DNA of 64,000 bases from a phage. The position numbers and the translations under genes were made by a program. The stretch lies in the NCBI GenBank assembly GCA_036436775.1, contig GCA_036436775.1_3676.1, one strand, 5' to 3'. Positions 1-7,134 of this stretch are shown one piece after another (the first letter of the stretch is position 1; the number at the start of each line of letters is the position of its first letter). The notes beneath the pieces were generated by a model. The model did no database searches. It had not been told where the DNA came from and was given only the letters and a program-made list of their open reading frames with translations.

Positions 1-234
1 TATTTTTATACTTTACAATATAATCTTCGTTATCGTTGAATATCCAAAATGGATATTCTGCAAGGGCGGTACTTCCTCTTTCCTTTTTATCCTGGATCTT
101 GTTTACAATTAAAGCCGTAGCAATAGCGCCAATAATAAAACTAGCCCCGCTGATCATGTTACTTTCTCCTTTCATGGTGTTAGTAAATTATCTTTACAGA
201 TGTGGCCCTGCAGCCAGGACCACCGAAAAAATAA

Positions 235-480
235 CTATTTCACAATGCCTACAAAACAGATCCCGCCTTCACCTATATAAGCAATGTCGGTAATTTTATA
301 ATTTGTTAAGATCCGCGTATTCAGCTCGTTAATAAAATCGGTCATCGCGTTGGTGTAGTTGTCTTCCATGTCTAGGGAATAATCCCAGGTGTAAACCTTT
401 TTACGTCCGAAGCCTTTTACCATGATCCGGGCGCTTTTGGTGTTGGTGGGCGCATAGTATTTGGTAATTAGTGCTGCCAT
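235..480 (-). CDS. hypothetical early protein (81 aa)
   Basis: ORF in the co-directional minus-strand early array; GGAGG-type RBS before ATG at 480; promoter-like repeat directly upstream. Confidence 0.5.
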   Translation of the reverse strand: MAALITKYYAPTNTKSARIMVKGFGRKKVYTWDYSLDMEDNYTNAMTDFINELNTRILTNYKITDIAYIGEGGICFVGIVK

Positions 481-518
481 GGTTTTAACTCCTCATTAGT
501 TCAGTGTTAACAGTGTAA

Positions 519-548
519 AGTTTACTTTATTGATGGCCCTGGAGTCAA
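519..548 (-). promoter_or_regulatory. sigma70-like early promoter inside 47 bp repeat copy 1
   Basis: Minus strand reads TTGACT (543-548), 18 nt spacer, TAAACT (519-524); the -35 lies inside palindrome GATGGCC-N10-GGCCATC (532-555). Confidence 0.4.
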
Positions 549-566
549 GGCCATCTAAAAATAAAT

Positions 567-908
567 TTATTCGTTTTCTTCCAGTTCTGAAAGCTCTTCT
601 TTCACTTCCTCAAGCTCTGTCTGCAATTCCTGGTATTCTTCATCGTCCTCAATATCCAGGCTGTCGATGTAGTCGCTAAATCCGCAGCGGTAAGCGATAG
701 GATCTAGCTCCTTGAGGATACGCGACGGAAGAAAAGAAATGTTTCCGATCATAATTTCGCCGTAGATCTCGTCTAACCATTCATCATAGTTTTCGTCGTA
801 CTTGTCCTCGTCGATTTCAAAGTTATCGATCTTATTCTCAAGGTCTGCGATCTGTTTTTTCAGCGCGGCGATCTGCATGGCTTTTTCTGCGGCGGTCATA
901 GTAGTCAT
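567..908 (-). CDS. highly acidic coiled-coil protein (113 aa), candidate DNA-mimic or anti-restriction protein
   Basis: Strong D/E bias (DIEDDEEYQELQTELEEVKEELSELEENE), early location, RBS AAAAGGAGAA. Confidence 0.5.
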   Translation of the reverse strand: MTTMTAAEKAMQIAALKKQIADLENKIDNFEIDEDKYDENYDEWLDEIYGEIMIGNISFLPSRILKELDPIAYRCGFSDYIDSLDIEDDEEYQELQTELEEVKEELSELEENE

Positions 909-958
909 GGTGTTTTCTCCTTTTGTGTGTTCTGGGAAGTTTTCCCGTTGATGTGCTT

Positions 959-986
959 AGTATATCGATCTAAGTTAGCTTGTCAA
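959..986 (-). promoter_or_regulatory. sigma70-like early promoter
   Basis: Minus strand reads TTGACA, 16 nt spacer, TATACT, upstream of the CDS starting at 908. Confidence 0.4.
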
Positions 987-1106
987 TTAAAAATTTAAGA
1001 AAAATTTTGCAAAACTGTTAGCGCTACTCATCAACATTTGCGCCAGGATGTACCCAATGATGCAAACGATGATGGTTACCTTTGTGTGCTGGCGTGTAGT
1101 GCTCAT
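987..1106 (-). CDS. small membrane protein (39 aa), below the ORF-track length cutoff
   Basis: ATG at 1106 preceded by AAAGGAGG; translation MSTTRQHTKVTIIVCIIGYILAQMLMSSANSFAKFFLNF has one hydrophobic helix. Confidence 0.3.
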   Translation of the reverse strand: MSTTRQHTKVTIIVCIIGYILAQMLMSSANSFAKFFLNF

Positions 1107-1138
1107 CTTCAAGCCTCCTTTTTAGCTTAACTGGGATT

Positions 1139-1168
1139 AGTTTACTTTATTGATGGCCCTGGAGTCAA
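1139..1168 (-). promoter_or_regulatory. sigma70-like early promoter inside 47 bp repeat copy 2
   Basis: Same TTGACT-N18-TAAACT architecture as copy 1, embedded in palindrome 1152-1175. Confidence 0.4.
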
Positions 1169-1186
1169 GGCCATCTAAAAATAAAC

Positions 1187-1582
1187 TTAGTAAGTTTTCA
1201 GTACTTTCCCGTCCAGTCTGTCAAGCTGGATCTCGATAGCTGCAGAAAACCTATTATAAACCACATCGCCCATGGAGTCCAGCCAATCTATGACGTTATA
1301 CACCTGCTCTTTGTTCTTGCAAGTCCGGATCCGTTTCATTACGTAAGACGGATCAATATTAGTGCTCTCGTTGTTGTGGTCATGCGCCTGGCCTGCTGCA
1401 TTAGTTATAGATTTTACAACCACCTGAAAGGGCTTTAAGGTGCCTTTTGCGTTCATCTCACGCGCTTTTGCGGCGCGGTTGTTATATGTTACACAACGGC
1501 GGCAAATGTTGACTAAATGCATATCAATAATTTTTTCATCGTTTGCCAGTTCGTTCATGATGCGGCGTACGTTCTTATTCAT
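1187..1582 (-). CDS. hypothetical early protein (131 aa)
   Basis: ORF in early array with RBS; 8 bp-stem hairpin (1602-1620) in its leader. Confidence 0.55.
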   Translation of the reverse strand: MNKNVRRIMNELANDEKIIDMHLVNICRRCVTYNNRAAKAREMNAKGTLKPFQVVVKSITNAAGQAHDHNNESTNIDPSYVMKRIRTCKNKEQVYNVIDWLDSMGDVVYNRFSAAIEIQLDRLDGKVLKTY

Positions 1583-1630
1583 GATCTTTTTCCTTTGTGT
1601 TGGCGGGAAACATTCCCGCCTTTTGTGCCT

Positions 1631-1658
1631 AGTTTACTTTAATTTTGCAGCGTGTCAA
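1631..1658 (-). promoter_or_regulatory. sigma70-like early promoter
   Basis: Minus strand reads TTGACA (1653-1658), 16 nt spacer, TAAACT (1631-1636). Confidence 0.4.
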
Positions 1659-1668
1659 TAATTTTTTT

Positions 1669-2067
1669 TTATTCGTGGGCGCATGTCACAATGTGCTTTT
1701 TATACCCCAGGTGGGCAGCAAGTGCTGACAAAAACTCATCCTCATAGATCCAGCCGTTGGCAGTGATCCCCATAGCATTTAACGCGCTTTCAAGTGCTGC
1801 ATTGGCCTTATCATAACCGTGACCGCTCGCCTTGCCACCAGTATAACCGTACTTGTTGTTCTTGCTGTCGTGCATCCAAAAGACGCAATAATGAGTGTTA
1901 CCGCTGGAGGCGGCATAATACCGGATCTCGGCTACTTCGTGTAAATTATTATCATCGTCTAGGCCAACCAGATTATAAGCCTTGTAGAATCCCCGCTCAC
2001 GGCGGCAGTTCTTAACATCAGAAAAAGAGAAGTCAGCATTATCAAAATTAAAGGTTGTAGTTTTCAT
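1669..2067 (-). CDS. hypothetical early protein (132 aa)
   Basis: ORF with RBS AAGAGGA; no motif recognised. Confidence 0.55.
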   Translation of the reverse strand: MKTTTFNFDNADFSFSDVKNCRRERGFYKAYNLVGLDDDNNLHEVAEIRYYAASSGNTHYCVFWMHDSKNNKYGYTGGKASGHGYDKANAALESALNAMGITANGWIYEDEFLSALAAHLGYKKHIVTCAHE

Positions 2068-2099
2068 GATTTTATCCTCTTAGTGTCTTTTGTGATTTA

Positions 2100-2128
2100 A
2101 GTATATTTTGTGTCAGACTACATGTCAA
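2100..2128 (-). promoter_or_regulatory. sigma70-like early promoter
   Basis: Minus strand reads TTGACA (2123-2128), 17 nt spacer, TATACT (2100-2105). Confidence 0.45.
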
Positions 2129-2131
2129 TAT

Positions 2132-2329
2132 TTATTTTTTATTAAACCAGTGGTTGATCTGACCTTTTGTCAGGGCGCAACGGTTAAGCTGTTGCAGGGT
2201 ATAGCTATGACCGCGACGAAATTTATAAAGGCCTTGCCCGTTGTTGATGGTTACATCCACCAGGCAAACCACTTGATCGGTGACCACCTGGCGAGTGTTG
2301 CGACGTACTTTGATTCCGTATGCGTTCAT
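2132..2329 (-). CDS. hypothetical small protein (65 aa)
   Basis: ORF in early array. Confidence 0.4.
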   Translation of the reverse strand: MNAYGIKVRRNTRQVVTDQVVCLVDVTINNGQGLYKFRRGHSYTLQQLNRCALTKGQINHWFNKK

Positions 2330-2412
2330 GATTTTTTATCCTCTTTACTAGTTAGTGTGGTGTTGTTCACCTTGTAGGATAAGAATAGCAGGACTCCCCC
2401 GGTTGTCAACAA

Positions 2413-2590
2413 TTATTTTAAATTATTTTTATGATAGAATCCACCTGCCGCCGCCCCTACCAGGTTAACCATCATTTTTTCGTACTCTTCTTTATGTTCC
2501 AACGCTCCCGCCATAGCCTTTTCAACCAGGGCGATAGCCTCAGCGTCATTAATAGCTACATTTTCCAGGGGGGATCATATTACCTTTCAT
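2413..2590 (-). pseudogene. candidate small gene interrupted at a C6/G6 homopolymer (frameshift or sequencing indel)
   Basis: ATG at 2590 with RBS AGGAGGT; frame stops after 13 codons, but the +1 frame continues coding-like (LENVAINDAEAIALVEKAMAGALEHKEEYEKMMVNLVGAAAGGFYHKNNLK) from the G6 tract at 2568-2573. Confidence 0.25.
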
Positions 2591-2748
2591 TTTTGTACCT
2601 CCTCTTCAATTGTTACCTATCCTACAGTATAGGCCCACCAGGTTTACAAGCCTTCATTCTCTCCTACCTGGTCAGTTAGGTCCTGCCAGGCTGGCCCACC
2701 AGGTTGCAGCGGTTAGTGCATCAGGTTAGAAAAATTTTTTGAAAAGTG

Positions 2749-2777
2749 TTGACAGCGGCCCCGCCAGGTGGCACAAT
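2749..2777 (+). promoter_or_regulatory. possible plus-strand promoter reading into the noncoding repeat region
   Basis: TTGACA (2749-2754), 17 nt spacer, CACAAT (2772-2777), A/T-rich upstream. Confidence 0.25.
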
Positions 2778-2810
2778 ATACCTATCGAAAGGACGGAAGG
2801 CACCGGTGAC

Positions 2811-3020
2811 GGGGGAGACAACCACCGGGGATGGGCGCTGCATAAAATGAGAACGGTTATCATTATCATTTAAAAGTTTATGCAAAAAATCCTTGCTCTC
2901 TTTGTCCTGTGTGATACTATAATAACAAGCCGGGGCAACAGGGGCCGGGAGACAACCACCGGGCCTGCCCGTTATTCTGCAAACGAGAATGATTATCATT
3001 CAAAATTCTAAATGAGAACT
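2811..3020. repeat. two ~70 bp direct repeats, each carrying a Fur-box-like sequence
   Basis: Units share GAGACAACCACCGGG...GAGAA-G-TTATCATT; GAGAACGGTTATCATTATC (2849-2867) and GAGAATGATTATCATTCAA (2985-3003) match the 19 bp Fur box at 16/19 and 14/19. Confidence 0.4.
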
Positions 3021-3038
3021 CCTCGCATTTAATAAATT

Positions 3039-3056
3039 TAATTAGCATGCTAATTA
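3039..3056. promoter_or_regulatory. 18 bp perfect palindrome, candidate protein-binding site
   Basis: TAATTAGCATGCTAATTA is its own reverse complement; sits in AT-rich noncoding DNA. Confidence 0.3.
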
Positions 3057-3095
3057 CCCTCCGTAACAATTTCCTATAAAACAATACACCATAAA

Positions 3096-3570
3096 ATTTC
3101 CATATAGAAATTTTAAAAATCCATTTCTGAAAACGAAAAATCGATTTCGTCCCAAAAAATTTCAGGCCGAGAGCCGGAACGATTCCCAGAAAATCCGATT
3201 CAGAAAACGAAAAACAGATCGAGTACTGAGAAATTTATCGAGAAAAGTTTTCAGAAAATCAGAGCCCTGAAATGAAAAGTAGATCGAGTACCTGGAAATC
3301 CGCACCGTGACTTCAAGATAGTGGTTAGATTGTTACCATAGAAGGTCAAGGGTAAGTGGAGGAAGTTCTAGTAGAGGGATGTTAGCATGTGCGAGAAATC
3401 TGTAATGGTGGCCTGGAATATGGTGCAAACGATAGGATGGGTGATTCAGCTTGTCGCGCCCACTCTGAAAAAAATCCATTTTAGTTTTCGATCTATTTTC
3501 TGATTTTCTAAGAATTTTAAAATATCTGGCCCGGTGAAATATCAAAAGGAGGAAATCCATTTTAGAAATC
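3096..3570. repeat. AT-rich region of degenerate direct and inverted repeats (iteron-like), candidate origin or regulatory locus
   Basis: AAATCCATTTYWG recurs near 3121, 3469 and 3553; ~55 bp GAAAA-AGATCGAGTAC-GAAAT units near 3180-3290 with inverted relatives near 3480-3530; ORF-track ORFs here look spurious. Confidence 0.35.
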
Positions 3571-3605
3571 CCCCTTACACTTGATATGCCAGGAATTTTC
3601 AAGTA

Positions 3606-3935
3606 TCAGCTGTCTTTGTTTTTAGGTTTGTACATGCGCAGAGGTATGGTCTTTGTAACATTCCATTTCCTCAATCCTTCCCAGCTCCAGTTGTGGGCGT
3701 GGTATCCGGTTATGCATGCACTACTGGAGTGATCGTAAGCATAAGAGAACGCTAAGCGCACTAGGTGAGGCCAGTCCTTCCACGGTTGTGGTCCGTAAGC
3801 TTTTCTCCAACACCGACACAAACTAAATGTCTCAAGAATAGGCAGGATAACAAATCCATACACCGCCACCAGAATAGCCAGCGCAATGATTGTCAGGAAT
3901 ACATACCCTGCAGTTGAAACGATGATCTCCGTCAT
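3606..3935 (-). CDS. putative membrane protein (109 aa)
   Basis: N-terminal hydrophobic segment IVSTAGYVFLTIIALAILVAVYGFVILPIL. Confidence 0.45.
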   Translation of the reverse strand: MTEIIVSTAGYVFLTIIALAILVAVYGFVILPILETFSLCRCWRKAYGPQPWKDWPHLVRLAFSYAYDHSSSACITGYHAHNWSWEGLRKWNVTKTIPLRMYKPKNKDS

Positions 3936-4129
3936 TTGTCATCCCCTTTCTTATGAATATAGATGTGTGAGCCTGCCTGTATATAAATTTCTCGACCATC
4001 TTCTGAAAAGATGTGGAATACACGGTCACCTTCATACTCGATACGAGATATCTTCATAATAGTTTTTCCACCTGGAATACGGATCTCGTCACCTACAGCA
4101 ATGTTCCATGCGGATTTAAGCTTAAACAT
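3932..4129 (-). CDS. hypothetical protein (65 aa; start moved to internal ATG)
   Basis: ATG at 4129 preceded by AAAGGAGGG; the longer ORF-track start would overlap the upstream gene by 74 nt. Confidence 0.45.
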   Translation of the reverse strand: MFKLKSAWNIAVGDEIRIPGGKTIMKISRIEYEGDRVFHIFSEDGREIYIQAGSHIYIHKKGDDK

Positions 4130-4367
4130 CAGCACCCTCCTTTGGGAACTTAAACTCTGGCATAGCCATATACGCCACAACAGGGTTGTGATCAAAGTAG
4201 AACTGACCGTTAATTATCCCGGTTTTACTCACATAGTTACCAGATCCTGCAAGAACAACCTCGCAAGCTCCGAAATCTACATTGCCATCCTCATCAGCCA
4301 TGGCTACGATATACTTTCCAAGAGGCATGTTTTTAACGCCGTCTACAAATGTCCACTCTGTGTTCAT
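4122..4367 (-). CDS. hypothetical protein (81 aa)
   Basis: ORF tiling the early array. Confidence 0.5.
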   Translation of the reverse strand: MNTEWTFVDGVKNMPLGKYIVAMADEDGNVDFGACEVVLAGSGNYVSKTGIINGQFYFDHNPVVAYMAMPEFKFPKEGADV

Positions 4368-4376
4368 ACTTTACCC

Positions 4377-4709
4377 TTAAGGTAGCCAGTAAACAATCTC
4401 GCCTTTCAGCTTCATGTCGTTTCCAACATAAATTTCCCAGCCATCCATCTTAGCAACTGTAGGCCCAAAGTCATCAGCACCCCTTACCTCTTTCCAGGCT
4501 CCGTAGTCAGGTTGCCAGATATAGAATCCACCTTCTTTGTCCCATGCTCCGTACACTACGTTTAACAGGTTTCCCATTGCAACAATGGTGGGCCGTGGGA
4601 ATAATACATCTACAGATGCGCCACAATTTCGGGTATCTTTTAAGTTGCAATCCCAAAAGATATCTGCCAGTGTGGCGGCGATAGCTTTACGTCTTTCTAA
4701 TGTTACCAT
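4377..4709 (-). CDS. hypothetical protein (110 aa)
   Basis: ORF tiling the early array. Confidence 0.5.
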   Translation of the reverse strand: MVTLERRKAIAATLADIFWDCNLKDTRNCGASVDVLFPRPTIVAMGNLLNVVYGAWDKEGGFYIWQPDYGAWKEVRGADDFGPTVAKMDGWEIYVGNDMKLKGEIVYWLP

Positions 4710-4718
4710 ATATCATAC

Positions 4719-4910
4719 TCACTTGTTGTTAATAAGTTCTAAAACTTTCTGTCTTACTTTGTCAAGGTCTGTTGATTCAAAAACTGTGCGATATCCCCAA
4801 CTTTGCCCATAGGAGTGACTGCAATCTCCGTAACACCATTGCTCAATTTGATAGTATTCAAGGAACGGGTGCTGCCTGACTATGATACCGTCTCGATTAA
4901 AAATTACCAT
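4719..4910 (-). CDS. hypothetical protein (63 aa)
   Basis: ORF tiling the early array. Confidence 0.4.
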   Translation of the reverse strand: MVIFNRDGIIVRQHPFLEYYQIEQWCYGDCSHSYGQSWGYRTVFESTDLDKVRQKVLELINNK

Positions 4911-4973
4911 AATATATCCCTCTCTGCTAGTTTATGTTTGTATTATACACCGCAGTTTTCAGATGTCAACCTC

Positions 4974-5168
4974 TTACAGATTGCTCCAGTACAATCGGCA
5001 TTTACATTTTGGGCAATGAGGTTCTTTTATGTAATAACCGTCAGTCTTTGGAACACTTTTTGGTGCAGTTTTAACATTGTACCTGGTAAAACATCGGAAG
5101 CAGGTTACCTCTCCGATCTGTTGATCGTTGATCCACTCGCCAGAGTAAAGCTCTTTCTTGTTTCTCAT
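4974..5168 (-). CDS. small Cys-rich (zinc-ribbon-like) protein (64 aa)
   Basis: Start moved to ATG at 5168 with RBS GGAGAG; CxxC...CxxC pattern (CFRC ... CPKCKC). Confidence 0.4.
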   Translation of the reverse strand: MRNKKELYSGEWINDQQIGEVTCFRCFTRYNVKTAPKSVPKTDGYYIKEPHCPKCKCRLYWSNL

Positions 5169-5419
5169 AATTCTCTCCCAAATCCTCTGCAATCTTATAC
5201 CAAAATCTCCAGCCAGAAAGCACACGGGAACACTTTGAGGATTGAATCTTTACTTGGCTCGGAAGTTCTTTTTCCGTATGGCAGGTAGAAATACCCTCCT
5301 GCAGATTCGAATATAGCTCCTTCGGTTGTATCTACCACAGCAAGAATTAAGATTTTAGTCTCCACAGTGCTCTCCTCTCTCAGTTGTTGTGGAAACTATA
5401 TCACCTCAGAAGATGGTCG

Positions 5420-5878
5420 TCAACACTTTTTGTACCCCACCACGATCACATCAATGTCTGTGGTGGCAAGATTAATGACGTCTTCCACGTGTTCCCACTT
5501 TAGACCACCAATACCGCATCCGATTTTAGGAATGTAGAACGGTAATGACATACCTTTGAATACCTCGTTGACTCGCTCAAAGCCTTTCATGATTGAGAAG
5601 TATTCAGCATTTGGCCCTGGGTAGAACTGGGTATACAGGTTGATTCCATATACGACCCTGTTCTTGGCAAAATGCTCCCAACAAGAAAACATGCCCAGCT
5701 TGTCTAGATTACCATAAGCAGTCTCTTTGTCGGCTGCCAGTGCTTGAGGGAACTCACGGGCAATATCTTTCGCTATACCTGCACCCATTGTGTGAAAGCA
5801 GTTACAACCGTGGATCATGTGGCCTGACCCTTTCTTGAAAATGGAGATTAGATCTCCACCTATAGTATCAATAATCAC
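5420..5878 (-). CDS. macro-domain protein (ADP-ribose binding or hydrolysing)
   Basis: IIDTIGGDL...MIHGCNCFHTMGAGIAKDIA...IPKIGCGIGG resembles macro-domain glycine-rich motifs; probable GTG start at 5878 coupled to the upstream stop, RBS GAGGAG. Confidence 0.5.
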   Translation of the reverse strand: MIIDTIGGDLISIFKKGSGHMIHGCNCFHTMGAGIAKDIAREFPQALAADKETAYGNLDKLGMFSCWEHFAKNRVVYGINLYTQFYPGPNAEYFSIMKGFERVNEVFKGMSLPFYIPKIGCGIGGLKWEHVEDVINLATTDIDVIVVGYKKC

Positions 5879-6293
5879 GGTATGCCAGCTCCTCTTCCGC
5901 AATTTCAAAAAACTCAGTCCAGCACTGTGGCATATTGGAGTTACCGAAGTGGCTTTCATAGTAAAGGTTCTCACCACTCGGAAGATAGAAATCTGTTACC
6001 TCGTAGAATCCACAATCGTCGCACTCACCTTCTTCAAACTTGGCCTCAACCTTAATACCGAGGAAGGTGAAAAGTTTATGGATATCTTCAGTTTCGAACT
6101 CCCAGTGAATGTTGTTTTCCGCATCGGTGTAGAACTGGATCAGCAGACCATTGTCCAGTTTACCAAAATACTCTGTGAAGTAACTTCCTTCCCAGAAATC
6201 TTTATGACAAATAATATCCATGCGTTTGCCCATAATAATGGTGTGAGCGTTTTGGGCATCGTCACGAATCAGTTTTGGCATTTCATAGATCAT
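5868..6293 (-). CDS. hypothetical protein (141 aa)
   Basis: ORF in early array. Confidence 0.5.
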   Translation of the reverse strand: MIYEMPKLIRDDAQNAHTIIMGKRMDIICHKDFWEGSYFTEYFGKLDNGLLIQFYTDAENNIHWEFETEDIHKLFTFLGIKVEAKFEEGECDDCGFYEVTDFYLPSGENLYYESHFGNSNMPQCWTEFFEIAEEELAYRDY

Positions 6294-6361
6294 CTTAGTT
6301 CTCCGGGTTCAACAGGTGGTGGTGCTACAGGAAGATCATAAAACATGGCTATCACAGTCTC

Positions 6362-6559
6362 TTACACAGGAATTGCTTCAAATAGACCGTTATCTATACC
6401 GTCCTTCAGATAGAGATTATATTCTATGTCGGTATCTGTATAAAGGGCAGCATCCAGCATTCTATCTGTGAGTCCATCCATCGGGTGGAGAAACCACCAC
6501 CCACGCCAGTCAAAGTAACAGCCTGGTGCATCTTCTCTTACACGGATTCGATAAATCAT
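6362..6559 (-). CDS. hypothetical protein (65 aa)
   Basis: ORF in early array. Confidence 0.4.
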   Translation of the reverse strand: MIYRIRVREDAPGCYFDWRGWWFLHPMDGLTDRMLDAALYTDTDIEYNLYLKDGIDNGLFEAIPV

Positions 6560-6655
6560 GGGCAGTGGCCTCCTGTTAGCTATACATCCCAGTTTTCTTC
6601 GTTCATCGCGTCCTCCCGTTATATGAAGTTATAATTGCACACCTTTCAACCTGTG

Positions 6656-7072
6656 TCAACAGAAAACTTCAACAAATTCTTCCACAGTTTTAATGTCGTG
6701 GGAAAAAGGTTTACGGCTATAACGGGCAATAGCACTATCAACCACCGCCCGGTACTCAAGATCTTCAGAGTATTTCATGAAGCATTGTAGTGTTTCTGGA
6801 CAGATAGCCAGATAGCTCCACCACCCTTCATCAGATTGATAGTCAAATCCCATACTCTCCAACCATGAAGCATATACTCCAGCACCCTCAAGCCAGTGAG
6901 TATTTTCATCCAGAAACTTGTTAACAGACATGTGAGCTTCTAAGCACTTGTCCAGCTCTTTTCCGTTAACCAGCCACGCACTAACTGTGGCGCATCCAAG
7001 GTCTACAGATTGAGTTGACAGGTTGTATTGGTCATAGTTCTCAGGTTTAACAATGATATCTTCTAATGTCAT
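6656..7072 (-). CDS. hypothetical protein (138 aa)
   Basis: ORF in early array. Confidence 0.5.
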   Translation of the reverse strand: MTLEDIIVKPENYDQYNLSTQSVDLGCATVSAWLVNGKELDKCLEAHMSVNKFLDENTHWLEGAGVYASWLESMGFDYQSDEGWWSYLAICPETLQCFMKYSEDLEYRAVVDSAIARYSRKPFSHDIKTVEEFVEVFC

Positions 7073-7088
7073 TTTTCAGATCTCCTTA

Positions 7089-7119
7089 TGCAAAAATGCC
7101 CCACCCTTTCGGGCAGGGC
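7089..7119 (-). terminator. rho-independent terminator (hairpin family A, copy 1)
   Basis: On the minus strand GCCCTGCCCGAAAGGGTGGGGC is followed by ATTTTTGCA; 15 nt after the stop of the upstream CDS. Confidence 0.6.
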
Positions 7120-7134
7120 TATGTTAACTAATTG

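Noticed and set aside
532-555. Palindrome in the 47 bp repeat as a rho-independent terminator
   Set aside because: On the minus strand the hairpin is followed by AATAAAGTAAACT, not a U-tract; more consistent with an operator or promoter element
2431-3602. ORF-track ORFs 2431-2679 (+), 2721-2999 (-) and 3333-3602 (-)
   Set aside because: They fall in repeat-rich low-complexity DNA, lack RBS, and have implausible composition (H/R/P/L-rich); treated as noncoding
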